Below, piece after piece: positions 10,715-20,902 of a stretch of DNA of 45,466 nt. The first letter of the stretch is position 1. Each line of letters begins with the position of its first letter. Origin of the DNA: a bacterium (GTDB lineage Bacteria; CLD3; SB21); assembly GCA_013360215.1 (NCBI GenBank), contig JABWCP010000026.1:1-45466 (forward strand), in the 5' to 3' direction. The notes beneath the pieces were generated by a model. It made no database searches, had not been told where the DNA came from, and saw only the letters and a list, made by a program, of their open reading frames with translations. A program made the position numbers and the translations under genes.

Positions 10715-12355
10715 TTAAACTTGTAATACACCAAAATTAGGGGGCGGTACATTGGGATTATTGCTGGCCGCATCTAAACATCGAATCAACGTGTCACGTG
10801 TCTCTGTAGGTTCGATGATCGCATCAACCCAGAGACGTGCCGCCGCATAACGCGGATTGCCCTGTTTTTCATAATTGGAACGAATTTCTTCGTAAAGCTT
10901 TTTCTTCTCTTCTTCGCTGACTTGTTTACCGGCCAATCGGATTTCTGTAATCGTTGATGCGGCTTGTGCTCCGCCCATCACGGAAATATTCGCTGTAGGC
11001 CATGTAAAAATAAACCGCGGATCGTATGCTTTTCCGCACATGGCATAGTTCCCTGCACCATAACTTCCGCCGATCACGATCGTAATTTTTGGCACTACGG
11101 AGTTGGCTACGGCATTTACAAGCTTCGCGCCGTCTTTGGCAATGCCCGCATATTCCGCATCGCGGCCTACCATAAAACCATTTACATCATGCATAAAAAT
11201 CAGCGGTATGCCGTCCTGATTACAATTCATCACAAATCGCGCCGCTTTGTCCGCCGCTTCATTGTACATCACGCCGCCCATTTGCATTTCGCCTTTGACC
11301 GTGCGTTGGACCAGTTTTTGATTGGCCACAAATCCGACCGCATAACCGCCGACGCGTGCCGTCCCGCAGACAACGGTTTTGCCGTAAGTCGCTTTGTATT
11401 CGTTGAAATCCGATCCGTCAATCAGACGTGCAATGATTTCACGCACATCATATTGACCTAGACCTTCGGGTAAAATACCTGCGATTTCATCCATCGCCCA
11501 TTGGGGTGCAACGGCAGCGATTTTGTTGAAATTGGCTTTGGGGCGCTCGGCTATTTTGCTCAAGATATCCCGAATTCGGTCCAATGCGGCGTCATCATTG
11601 GGCTCATGATAATCCGCCGTACCGCTGATCGCGTTGTGCGTGGTCGCTCCGCCTAAAGTTTCCGCATCGATCACCTGCCCGATGGCCGCTTTGACTAGCG
11701 CAGGCCCGGCGAGAAACAAGCTCGCACCCTGCACCATGATAAATTTGTCGCACATTACGGGCAGGTAGGCGCCGCCTGCGACGCACGGCCCCATCACGGC
11801 CGCTACTTGCGTAATGCCCATCGCACTCATGCGGGCGTTGTTATAAAAAATGCGACCAAAGTGATTTTCATCGGGAAAAACCTGATCCTGAAGCGGAAGG
11901 AATACACCGGCGGAATCCACGAGATACACGATCGGCAGAAAATTTTTCATCGCAATTTCCTGCGCGCGTAATGTTTTTTTGACCGTCATTTCAAAATGCG
12001 CTCCGGCTTTGACTGTCGCATCATGTGCAACGATGACAGTTTCTTTGCCGTGAATCAAACCTATGCCTGACACACAACCCGCCGACGGGCAACCGCCAAA
12101 ATCAGTATACATTTCGTAAGCCGCAAAAAGCCCCAGTTCCATGAAATGGGCATTTGGATCCAAAAGTTTAACAATACGCTCACGGGCCGTGAGCCGTCCT
12201 TTTTCATGCTGTTTATCAATATTTTTTTGACCGCCGCCGCGTTTGATCGCCTCGCCATCTTGACGAAGGGCATTCAGCAAACGTTCCATAAAGCTACGAT
12301 TCTTCTGATACTTTTCCGGGTTCCACTGACCGGCCGGTGATCCTATCACGGGCAT
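10715..12355 (-). CDS. Acyl-CoA carboxylase carboxyltransferase (beta) subunit, 3-methylcrotonyl-CoA carboxylase-like
   Basis: GRLTARERI, LVDSAGVFLPLQDQVFPDENHFGRIF, GPCVAGGAY, GGSYGAGNYAMCG, FGVLQV. Start moved to ATG 12355 (MPVIG), which has AAGGAG upstream. Confidence 0.93.
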   Translation of the reverse strand: MPVIGSPAGQWNPEKYQKNRSFMERLLNALRQDGEAIKRGGGQKNIDKQHEKGRLTARERIVKLLDPNAHFMELGLFAAYEMYTDFGGCPSAGCVSGIGLIHGKETVIVAHDATVKAGAHFEMTVKKTLRAQEIAMKNFLPIVYLVDSAGVFLPLQDQVFPDENHFGRIFYNNARMSAMGITQVAAVMGPCVAGGAYLPVMCDKFIMVQGASLFLAGPALVKAAIGQVIDAETLGGATTHNAISGTADYHEPNDDAALDRIRDILSKIAERPKANFNKIAAVAPQWAMDEIAGILPEGLGQYDVREIIARLIDGSDFNEYKATYGKTVVCGTARVGGYAVGFVANQKLVQRTVKGEMQMGGVMYNEAADKAARFVMNCNQDGIPLIFMHDVNGFMVGRDAEYAGIAKDGAKLVNAVANSVVPKITIVIGGSYGAGNYAMCGKAYDPRFIFTWPTANISVMGGAQAASTITEIRLAGKQVSEEEKKKLYEEIRSNYEKQGNPRYAAARLWVDAIIEPTETRDTLIRCLDAASNNPNVPPPNFGVLQV

Positions 12356-12386
12356 ACTGCACTCCTTATACACACAGGCTGATGAT

Positions 12387-14096
12387 TTATTTCGTTGCTT
12401 CCAAAAGTTTAGCCACACTTTGCATCCAGATGTCGGTGTTCCCACCTGACTCGTAGATCATATATTTTCCGTCATGCGTCCATCGACCGCGACGTTCTTG
12501 ATGGTTATTGTCTTTGGACAAAGTACGCGACGTTTTTTCTCCTTCGTCGGTTTTATAAAGCCAAATATCCGCATCGTCATACCACGTACGCGTGATGGCA
12601 AGCCATTGGCCGTCGGGTGACCAACTCGGTTCCCGATCGGAGCCGTAGGGCGTTTTATCGCGCGTCACAGGTGAAGGCATTCCTCCGGAAACAGGCACGC
12701 GCCAAATGCTCCAGCGACCGGCCCAATCGGCGTCAAAATAAATATACGCGCCATCGTTTGAAAAAACGGGGTTCGCTTCGGTTCGCATATCTATGGTCAA
12801 CTGTTTCTCTTTTTTGGTCGCGGTATCGTACACCCAAATATCGGGACTGCCGCCTTTTAGGGAAACATATGTGATCGCTTTGCCGTCTATAGCATAATGC
12901 GCTGCATAGCGGTGTACGCTGTCTTGAAATAAAGCGTAGGCTGATTTTCCGGCCGCATACTCCTCGATCAGATTGGCTTGCGTGATGGGCATTTCATACA
13001 GCGTGGATAACCCGCCGCGAACCACGGAAACCACCGCGGCCCTGCCGTCATTTCGTAAGTCGCATTCGGTCACATCGGCATCCGGCCAATAGGCGATGCG
13101 AATTGCTTTATTGGCGCTCAGATTACGCGCATACAGCGCGTAGCGGCCTTCCGCATTGCTCACATATAACAGTGTTTTGCCATCCGCCAACATGACCGGA
13201 GAACGATCATCGCCATTGGTCTCGATCAGCATTTGTTCCATTTGTGTTTTGACTTCGATACGGCGAATATCATACGAGGTCTCTGCCTGATAGGCCATCG
13301 CATGCCCGTCTGGCGTCCACGCCGGAAAATCCAAATGTTTGGATTCGCCGCTGATCAGCACCGGATTGAACGTATCGGCACGTGTAAAAAAAATCTGCGC
13401 ATAGCCGTTGGTATCGGAAGAAAAGAACAAATGCTTGCCATCCGGAGAAAGCGCTGCATGACGCACATCACGATATCCGTCACTCCATCGTGCGACGGAC
13501 CCTGTCGCGGGATCCAAACGCATTAAAACCCACGATGCTTCGTTTTTTTCACCAAACACAATTTTGTCTTTAGCGACAGTAATTTTTTCCAATGGCCCGC
13601 GGCTGCGATAAATAACTTCTGATTTGGAAAAATTACGGGCTTCGGTTCGATGGATGGCATATCCGCCGTCGACCGCCGATTTGCTTATGGCTATATACCA
13701 AATATACATGCCATCGGGCGAATACACCGGAAAAATTTCGTCAACCGAATCCGTTTTGGTAACCTGAATCAATTCATCATTGGGAGAGACAATCCACAAG
13801 TCGTTTTGTCCGTTGAGACGTGACGTGAAAATGATGCGCTCTCCGTCAGGTGCAAACGACGGATGCTCATCAACACCTTCATTGACGGTTACGGGGATCG
13901 TAATACGTTCGCCCAAATCGTAAAGCCAGATGTGCCGATCGCCGGTTTGCGTAGTGACAAATGCCATCACATCGCCGTTCGGTGAAAATGCCGGCTGACC
14001 TTCATAACACGATAAGGTCGTAATTTGTTCCTGATTAAAGGGATTGCAACCGGCTGACACGACGACCAGTGCGACAAGAATAAAACTTTTGGGCAT
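12387..14096 (-). CDS. TolB-like PD40 beta-propeller lipoprotein
   Basis: Lipobox VSAGC after ATG 14096 (MPKSF); many 'P.(F/W)SPDG' repeats. Confidence 0.8.
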   Translation of the reverse strand: MPKSFILVALVVVSAGCNPFNQEQITTLSCYEGQPAFSPNGDVMAFVTTQTGDRHIWLYDLGERITIPVTVNEGVDEHPSFAPDGERIIFTSRLNGQNDLWIVSPNDELIQVTKTDSVDEIFPVYSPDGMYIWYIAISKSAVDGGYAIHRTEARNFSKSEVIYRSRGPLEKITVAKDKIVFGEKNEASWVLMRLDPATGSVARWSDGYRDVRHAALSPDGKHLFFSSDTNGYAQIFFTRADTFNPVLISGESKHLDFPAWTPDGHAMAYQAETSYDIRRIEVKTQMEQMLIETNGDDRSPVMLADGKTLLYVSNAEGRYALYARNLSANKAIRIAYWPDADVTECDLRNDGRAAVVSVVRGGLSTLYEMPITQANLIEEYAAGKSAYALFQDSVHRYAAHYAIDGKAITYVSLKGGSPDIWVYDTATKKEKQLTIDMRTEANPVFSNDGAYIYFDADWAGRWSIWRVPVSGGMPSPVTRDKTPYGSDREPSWSPDGQWLAITRTWYDDADIWLYKTDEGEKTSRTLSKDNNHQERRGRWTHDGKYMIYESGGNTDIWMQSVAKLLEATK

Positions 14097-14189
14097 GTGG
14101 GACGTTACGATTTCAAATGAAAATATTGCTGACGCAACATACACAAAACGATAGAAAAGCTCTACAGTTATTTTTTGAAAAAAAGCCCT

Positions 14190-15224
14190 TTAGGCGATAC
14201 GCAACGAAGCTTTAGGAGATAGACCCAAATTATCGGTACGCCCCATACGATAATGCATCAGACCCGTGATACCGATCATCGCGGCGTTATCCGTACAATA
14301 CTGGCGGGCGGGCATGAATAGTTGTACTCCGTCCTGTGCACATACTTCCGTAAGCCTGGCACGTAAGCGGCTATTGGCCGCAACACCGCCTGATAATACG
14401 CATTGACGGATGCTCGTCGTTTTTAAGGCGGCACGTGTTTTTCCGACTAAAACATCCACTGCGGCTTCCTGAAAACTTGCGCACGCATCCGCCAGCAAAT
14501 TTTGCGCAAGCGGTTGATTTTGCTTTTGCACAAAATGGAGAACCGAGGTTTTTAAGCCGCTGAAACTAAAATTCAAATCGCCGGACTGGAGCATCGGTCT
14601 GGGAAAGGCGATCTCTTTAGGATTGCCTTGCGATGCAAGACGATCTATAACCGGCCCGGCCATCAAAGCGCCTTCTACCGGTGTTAAACCTAGCAATCGC
14701 GCAGTTTTATCAAAACACTCACCGGCCGCGTCGTCCACGGTTTCACCCAAAATACGGTATTGACCCGGATTTTGTGCTTCCACCAATAACGTATGCCCTC
14801 CGGACACGATCAGTGCGATGAAGGGAAAAACCGGTTTGTCTTTTTCCAAAAAACTGGCCAATACATGCGCTTCGATATGATTGACTCCGACGAGCGGTTT
14901 TTGTAAACCAAAGGCTATCGCTTTAGCAAAATTGACACCGACTAAAAGACTGCCGATCAGCCCGGGGCCTTTGGTCACCGCGATCAATCCGATATCATCC
15001 GGCGAGATACCGGCTGCCGAAAGTGCGGCCCGGATAACGGGTACAATATTGGCCTGATGTGCGCGGGAAGCCAGTTCCGGGACAATGCCTCCGAAACGAA
15101 GTCCGTCAATTTGCGACGATACGATATTGGATAATACCGACGATCCCCGCAAAACCGCCGCCGACGTATCATCGCAGGAAGTTTCGATCGCCAGTGTGAT
15201 CAGATCATCGTTCGAGGCTATCAT
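14190..15224 (-). CDS. tsaD: tRNA N6-adenosine threonylcarbamoyltransferase TsaD
   Basis: LAIETSCDDT, GGIVPELASRAH, GPGLIGSL, VNHIEAH, VSGGHT, DDAAGECFDK, FSFSGLKT, CTDNAAMI. Start moved to ATG 15224. Confidence 0.97.
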   Translation of the reverse strand: MIASNDDLITLAIETSCDDTSAAVLRGSSVLSNIVSSQIDGLRFGGIVPELASRAHQANIVPVIRAALSAAGISPDDIGLIAVTKGPGLIGSLLVGVNFAKAIAFGLQKPLVGVNHIEAHVLASFLEKDKPVFPFIALIVSGGHTLLVEAQNPGQYRILGETVDDAAGECFDKTARLLGLTPVEGALMAGPVIDRLASQGNPKEIAFPRPMLQSGDLNFSFSGLKTSVLHFVQKQNQPLAQNLLADACASFQEAAVDVLVGKTRAALKTTSIRQCVLSGGVAANSRLRARLTEVCAQDGVQLFMPARQYCTDNAAMIGITGLMHYRMGRTDNLGLSPKASLRIA

Positions 15225-16143
15225 CTTCGATACGCACGAGGTTAAATCGCGACGGTGTGACTTGCGTCCAGGTAAGATCCGCAGGAACGCGGATGTCCAG
15301 ACGCGGTTGGACGGAATTGTATTCTTTTTGATAATCAATTTCTCCGACGACGCTCTCTTTAGGCAACGTGGAAAGATAGTCCACCCCGCCGCGTACACGT
15401 ACGGAAAAAGTGGACGGTTGTACCGCTACCGTCGTAAAAGGCGGCACATTGATCAATCGCACGGGCAAGTTTTCCAGAACGATTTCGCCTAAAGGCTGTA
15501 CATCCAGAAAAATTGAAGTTGTGGATTGAAGTACGTTGATGCGTTTATCCGGATGCGCTGTGAGTCGCAGCTCCGTGCGCACATCGCTATTGAGATTTTC
15601 CCAGCGGTGCGATGCGGTGCCGATAACAACCGCACTGTCACGGTAACTCCAGGGCATTGTCACTGTCACGGAATCCGGCATGAGTTGCATGCCGCCAACT
15701 AATATAAAACCGGCTTCGCATGTGATCTGCACATCCGCTACCACCGGAACGCGGCGCGCGATCATGCGGTCCATTCGTACGATGACCGAATCCGGCCATT
15801 GTACGGCGATGGCGTGCACCGGCACTTTGGACGGATACACGATTTCGTGGAGATGTTCCGAAAGTATAAAACGGCTTTTGTCTTTGTGCTGTGCCATATC
15901 CAAAACAAAACGCGGCGGATTGAGAAAGCGCATACCAAGCAGGGATTTGCCGTCGCCTTCAAAAAGAATATCGACGGCCTCCGGAATATCGGAGACTACG
16001 CCGTAACCGTCTTTGATATTGGTCACTTGAAACGGGACGTGGATCTCCATCTGGTACGTCGCGCCGAGGCGCACGTATAACCAAAGAAATATGGCGATGC
16101 ACAGCGATAGAAAAAAAATGCGATGGCTTTTGAGAAGGCGCAT
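15205..16143 (-). CDS. YbbR/CdaR-like domain protein
   Basis: N-terminal TM 'SLCIAIFLWLYV' followed by repeated beta-rich YbbR-like units (VPV...GF.L...PDSVTV; PSTFSVRVRG). Confidence 0.75.
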   Translation of the reverse strand: MRLLKSHRIFFLSLCIAIFLWLYVRLGATYQMEIHVPFQVTNIKDGYGVVSDIPEAVDILFEGDGKSLLGMRFLNPPRFVLDMAQHKDKSRFILSEHLHEIVYPSKVPVHAIAVQWPDSVIVRMDRMIARRVPVVADVQITCEAGFILVGGMQLMPDSVTVTMPWSYRDSAVVIGTASHRWENLNSDVRTELRLTAHPDKRINVLQSTTSIFLDVQPLGEIVLENLPVRLINVPPFTTVAVQPSTFSVRVRGGVDYLSTLPKESVVGEIDYQKEYNSVQPRLDIRVPADLTWTQVTPSRFNLVRIEDDSLER

Positions 16144-16149
16144 GGCAGT

Positions 16150-17484
16150 TTATAATACCGAAGCTTCGGGAATGTAGATAGCTTTGTACTCCTGAATCGC
16201 AAAACTATCGCTCATACTGGCGATATAGTCCGCGATGTGGCGCGCATAGAGCGGGTTCTTTTTGAACTCGCTGACTTTTTCCTGCACCATTTTTGGCGGG
16301 AGCTTGCGCAGATCAAACTTAGCATCGACCTGTTTTTGCGTAAAACGCATCAAAAATTTATCATTCATCTGCAAAGGATTGCTGTAATACGCTTTGAATA
16401 ACTTACGAATGACTTTTTCGCATTTTTTATTGTAGCGATTGACCAGAAAATTATTACCCATTTCTTTCTGAATAAACGTTTCCAGTTCGTTCTGTTTACG
16501 GTTGATATCAAGCGAAAAAATCACGAGCCATTCGTCAAAGTGATCGGTGCGCTGCTTACGTCCGCAGAATTCCTCCACCCGGCGAATGGTGTTTTGAATC
16601 ACGTCGCTCACCAAAACACGCACCAATCCGCTGATCATAAAATTGATGTATTCATCCGGATCTTCTTCATAAAAATGCGCGATACTGCATGAACGATCCA
16701 CATCCTGCACGAGTTTTAATTCGCGCACATCTTTGAGACGGATATAGTTGGCACGCAATGCATCTTCGAGATCAAATGTGCGCTGCGCGATTTCGTCAGC
16801 TATCGCGGCGACCTGCCCTTCCAGCGTCAGCGAAACAAATTGATCACAATGCAGTTTGTCCGTATCAATATCAGGATAACGGTATCGTTCGGAGCGAATA
16901 CTGGTATGCTTGAGAATGCCTTCGCGTACGAAAGAAGTCAGATTAAGCCCTTCGTATTCGTATTTTTTTTCCAGAATATCCGCCACGCGCAAACTTTGAT
17001 AGTTGTGCTTAAATCCGCCGAAATCGTCGCCCGGAAGTGTACCTTCGGCGGTATCTTCGCCGTTGAGCAGCGCATCCAAAATCGCTTCGCCGGTATGCCC
17101 GAACGGCGGATGGCCGAGATCGTGGCCGAGCGCAATGGCTTCAGTAAGATCTTCGTTGAGACCCATTGATTTAGCGATGGTTTTGGAAACTTGTACGACT
17201 TCTACGGTATGCGTCAGACGGCTGCGGTTTCGTTCGCTGTCGTGCTCGACCAAAATTTGGCGTTTGTCGGACAGGTTACGAAACGAATTGGAATAAATGA
17301 TACGATCGCGGTCGCGCTGAAACGCCGTGCGGTGCACGTCTTCCATTTCACCATGCTGGCGCGTTTTATGCGCATCTTTGCTTTTACAGGCGTACGGCGC
17401 GAGAAACTGTTCTTCACAATCTTCGACGAACTGGCGTCCGCGCTCAAAAAAAACTTTTTGCGGGTGGAGTGTTTCCTGAACCAT
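16150..17484 (-). CDS. dgt: dGTP triphosphohydrolase-like HD-domain protein
   Basis: RTAFQRDRDRI, RSRLTHTVEV, HDLGHPPFGHTGE, GGFKHNYQSLR, GLNLT...GILKH, DYIASMSD. Confidence 0.88.
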   Translation of the reverse strand: MVQETLHPQKVFFERGRQFVEDCEEQFLAPYACKSKDAHKTRQHGEMEDVHRTAFQRDRDRIIYSNSFRNLSDKRQILVEHDSERNRSRLTHTVEVVQVSKTIAKSMGLNEDLTEAIALGHDLGHPPFGHTGEAILDALLNGEDTAEGTLPGDDFGGFKHNYQSLRVADILEKKYEYEGLNLTSFVREGILKHTSIRSERYRYPDIDTDKLHCDQFVSLTLEGQVAAIADEIAQRTFDLEDALRANYIRLKDVRELKLVQDVDRSCSIAHFYEEDPDEYINFMISGLVRVLVSDVIQNTIRRVEEFCGRKQRTDHFDEWLVIFSLDINRKQNELETFIQKEMGNNFLVNRYNKKCEKVIRKLFKAYYSNPLQMNDKFLMRFTQKQVDAKFDLRKLPPKMVQEKVSEFKKNPLYARHIADYIASMSDSFAIQEYKAIYIPEASVL

Positions 17485-17501
17485 AGTTAATACTTTCGAT
17501 C

Positions 17502-17533
17502 AAAAAAGAAGTCCCGACGCTTAGCATCGGGAC
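17502..17533 (-). terminator. Rho-independent terminator downstream of the sigma factor gene
   Basis: Minus strand GTCCCGATGC-TAA-GCGTCGGGAC followed by TTCTTTTTT. Confidence 0.75.
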
Positions 17534-17544
17534 CCGAGACAACA

Positions 17545-18402
17545 TTAACCCAGATATGAACGCAGCGACTTACTGCGGGATTTGTGGCGCAGGCGATTGA
17601 TGGCTTTTTCCTTGATCTGCCGCACGCGTTCGCGGGTCAGTTTAAATTCTTCCCCGATCTCTTCGAGGGTTAGCGAACGCTCGATACCGAGGCCGAAATA
17701 CAATTTGATAATTTTGGATTCGCGCTCACTCAGCGAAGCCAGCGTGTTTTCGATATCACGGCGCAGCGATTCCTGCATAAGTGTTTCGTCCGGAAGCGGA
17801 TTGACTTTATCCGGCACGGTATCCATCAGTACGCTTTTTTCGTCTTCCTGCAGCGGCGCATCCAAGGACAAGTGGCGCTTGGAAATACGCAACGCATCGG
17901 ATACGTCATAATCTTTGATTTCGAGTTCGTGTGCGATTTCTTCCGTACTCGGTTCACGCTCAAATTCCTGCTCGAGTTCGTTATACGCTTTACCGATTTT
18001 ATTGAGCATGCCGACACGGTTGAGCGGAAGACGCACGATACGTGAGTGCTCAGCAATAGCCTGCAAAATAGACTGACGAATCCACCACACGGCGTACGAA
18101 ATAAATTTGAACCCGCGCGTTTCGTCGAAACGTTCCGCTGCTTTCATAAGGCCGAGATTACCTTCATTGATCAGATCGCTCAAAGGCAAACCTTGATTCT
18201 GATAATCCTTGGCCACACTCACCACGAAACGCAAATTGGCTTCTACCAATTTTTTGAGCGCTTCTTTTTCTCCCTTTTTGATCCGCTTGGCAAGTTCGAT
18301 TTCTTCATGCGGCTTTAAAAGTTGTACTTTGTTTATCTCTTCCAGATAACGCTCGATAGACTGATCTTCACGGCTGTTAATGCGCATTTTAATGCGGGCC
18401 AT
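17545..18402 (-). CDS. rpoD: RNA polymerase primary sigma factor RpoD/SigA, short FCB-type lacking region 1.1
   Basis: [60 protein letters not shown]; region 4 TLEEIG...[13 protein letters not shown]; only 285 aa. Confidence 0.93.
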   Translation of the reverse strand: MARIKMRINSREDQSIERYLEEINKVQLLKPHEEIELAKRIKKGEKEALKKLVEANLRFVVSVAKDYQNQGLPLSDLINEGNLGLMKAAERFDETRGFKFISYAVWWIRQSILQAIAEHSRIVRLPLNRVGMLNKIGKAYNELEQEFEREPSTEEIAHELEIKDYDVSDALRISKRHLSLDAPLQEDEKSVLMDTVPDKVNPLPDETLMQESLRRDIENTLASLSERESKIIKLYFGLGIERSLTLEEIGEEFKLTRERVRQIKEKAINRLRHKSRSKSLRSYLG

Positions 18403-18756
18403 TATACATTCTCTTTCGTGTTAAGTTTATATTTTACAAATACTTTAATTCTTGGTTGCTTTCATTAAACGCCCGAAAGTTCCACTTAGTTCCATTTTTT
18501 TTGAAAATTTGAAAATAAATAATGTTACGCTTTCCGGATAACGAAACACAGTGAACTTTATTAACTGATATGAGTTAAAAAACAGGCGAAAGGTTTGATC
18601 TGAATGAAGGATCGGGAGAATTGAAATATTATATTATTAAACCGTAAAATGATGCGTTTTCTGATAGCCTAACCGTGCTAAGGTATTTGACCGAAAAATG
18701 AACTTTAGTTCTTAAATTAGTTATACTCGTTTTTTCAATTTCGTTCAAATTATGTT

Positions 18757-19443
18757 CTATTCATACCATCGTTTTAACCTCGACGGCGAAACGCCAAAAC
18801 AATACAACGTCTGCATGAAAAGATTTTTACAACTGCGCCTAAAAAAACCTTCCGCCGTAAAGCGACGCGCTGACGTCACCACATAAGCCGGCAGCATTTC
18901 AAAATCTCCGGCTTTTTTTAATCGCCGGACAAAATCCAAATCCTCCATGATCGGAAAATCCTCGCGGTATCCACCCAATGCCCGAAATACATCGGCTTTC
19001 ACAAATACGGCCTGATCGCCAAACGGTGTTTTGAATAAACGGCTCCGCTGCTTTGAATACCACGCCAAATAATTGTATTTCCACCCCGGATGATCCATTT
19101 GCAAATAAAATGCACCACCAATTAATTGTCGCTTTTCTTCGATGGTTTTACGTAATACCTCCCAACTGCTTTGAGATAAAGAAGTATCCGCATGTAAAAA
19201 AACATACCATACCCCTGAAGCCAAACGGGCTCCGGCATTCATCTGTAGGGCACGCCCTTTACCGGATTGTACCCAATCTAAGTGGTTATTCCGTATGGCG
19301 GCATCACGAACGTATTCCGCCGTGCCATCGGTACTACCGCCGTCAGCAAGGATGATTTGTGCATCCGTCAATGCACTGCATTCTTCGATCCGAATAGGGA
19401 TGTTTTGGATTTCGTTATACGTAGGAATGATAATAGAAATCAA
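18757..19443 (-). CDS. Glycosyltransferase family 2, TIGR04283-like
   Basis: SIIIPTYNE, DGGSTDGT, GRALQMNAGA, FLHADT, PFGDQAVFV, PIMEDLDFVRRL, TSARRF. TTG start. Confidence 0.88.
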   Translation of the reverse strand: MISIIIPTYNEIQNIPIRIEECSALTDAQIILADGGSTDGTAEYVRDAAIRNNHLDWVQSGKGRALQMNAGARLASGVWYVFLHADTSLSQSSWEVLRKTIEEKRQLIGGAFYLQMDHPGWKYNYLAWYSKQRSRLFKTPFGDQAVFVKADVFRALGGYREDFPIMEDLDFVRRLKKAGDFEMLPAYVVTSARRFTAEGFFRRSCKNLFMQTLYCFGVSPSRLKRWYE

Positions 19444-19474
19444 ATAGCCGTACCTTGCCGCCGGATGCGGCCAC

Positions 19475-20203
19475 TTATTCGTTGAGTGACCAGTCGTAAT
19501 CGAGATATTCTACACGATAAGACGCCACGCGATCCGTATCGTTTATACCCATATACCGCAAAAGATACCTGACCATATCCCCAGTACTTTTGCCGAAATC
19601 CGTTCCGTACCATTTGAAAATGGACGACAAGTATAAGACCTTGGCTTGATGATCTACCCTGTTACGTACCGGGTCGTTCATAAATTGACGAGCGGCTTCG
19701 TTCAACTGTTCATCCAATTTTTCGGCACGATACGGTTCATTGCGCAGAACCGGACAACTTTTAGCTGCACATACCAGGGCAAAGTGAATGCGCGGATCAT
19801 TCATCGGTCGCAAGATTTTATGTTCGACATCATTCAGAGAATATTTCTTTCCGCCTACATGGACATACGGTTTATCCCAAACACTCGTACCGAATAATCC
19901 GGTGTCAATATCGCGAATACTTTTGACGGGATAATGCTCGCGCACCACGCTCAGGGTATAGGCATTATATACGTTGATCCAAAATGCTTTCCTGGCGTTC
20001 AAATTTTGAATGGTATCGGGATTCACTTCCGTCAGGCTGAAAAGATAATTGGAAAATCGACGATCCAAGCGTAATCGTGCATAATCCACTTTTCCGGAGT
20101 GAACATGTTGCGATAAAACGGTGACGTATAATTCACTGTCATTGTACTGCGCGAAAACGACGGATGAAAAAAGCCAGCTAGCTATACAAAAAATTTTAAT
20201 CAT
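19475..20203 (-). CDS. DUF547 domain-containing secreted protein
   Basis: AFWINVYNAYT, SLNDVEHKILR...DPRIHFALVCAAKSCP, LSSIFKWYG.DF, YDWSLNE. ATG 20203 chosen as start. Confidence 0.9.
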   Translation of the reverse strand: MIKIFCIASWLFSSVVFAQYNDSELYVTVLSQHVHSGKVDYARLRLDRRFSNYLFSLTEVNPDTIQNLNARKAFWINVYNAYTLSVVREHYPVKSIRDIDTGLFGTSVWDKPYVHVGGKKYSLNDVEHKILRPMNDPRIHFALVCAAKSCPVLRNEPYRAEKLDEQLNEAARQFMNDPVRNRVDHQAKVLYLSSIFKWYGTDFGKSTGDMVRYLLRYMGINDTDRVASYRVEYLDYDWSLNE

Positions 20204-20204
20204 A

Positions 20205-20648
20205 TTATACGCCAAACTGCCGAAGATGATGATCGGTGTGTTTATAAATCATTTTGCCCCACTCCTCCGCGGTCAGATAACCGAAAAAGCCGTGTTCGAA
20301 ATAGGTGATCGCTTCCGGACCACGACTGACTTTTTGAAAGTTATCAATAAAATTCTTTTTTTCTGTTTCAAAAATACGTTCATCCGTGATCAAAAATTCT
20401 GCCGCGGTAGGTGAATTTTTTTGAAACGGTTTATCGTTTGTCGCAAGCGATTTAAAAAAACGGCCGATAAATCTGACCCACGTCTTTTGGATCGTAAAGT
20501 CGCCGGTGGGAACACGAAAACTGATGCCGCAATGTGCCAGCATTTGCGCCGCATTCATTTTACCCCATTGGGCCTGTGTCGCGGGCGAGAGCTTATTTAC
20601 ACGATCAATGATTTCCTGACGCGCTGCAGGATCAAATACTGATTTCAT
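20205..20648 (-). CDS. DUF1569 / DinB-like protein
   Basis: WGKMNAAQMLAHC, HGFFGYLTAEEWG...KHTDHHLRQFGV. Confidence 0.88.
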   Translation of the reverse strand: MKSVFDPAARQEIIDRVNKLSPATQAQWGKMNAAQMLAHCGISFRVPTGDFTIQKTWVRFIGRFFKSLATNDKPFQKNSPTAAEFLITDERIFETEKKNFIDNFQKVSRGPEAITYFEHGFFGYLTAEEWGKMIYKHTDHHLRQFGV

Positions 20649-20902
20649 ATTTTTCCTTAAGTTTGGTATAAAAAACTACGTGCTTTTTTTTATGAAAATT
20701 ATTTAGACGACGTCCTTCACATCGCACGAAGAAATGAAGCGATGTTATCTATTAATTATCATTTTGGCAATTATTTTTCATAATAGGCAACGGGCGAGTT
20801 TTTTTAATTTTTTTAATTTTTACTTTGAAAAATTCCTTTTTTTACGAGATAATATAGGGTCATTTAACTTACTCTCACTAACTAAACAACGGAAGTACCA
20901 CC

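Noticed and set aside
12356-12445. N-terminal extension of the carboxylase ORF given in the track
   Set aside because: It overlaps the upstream gene; ATG 12355 has a clear SD motif.
15225-15398. N-terminal extension of TsaD given in the track
   Set aside because: It lies inside the YbbR-like gene; TsaD similarity starts at LAIETSCD.
16150-17484. dGTPase as an antiphage defence gene
   Set aside because: Housekeeping neighbourhood and host-like composition; no defence-island context.
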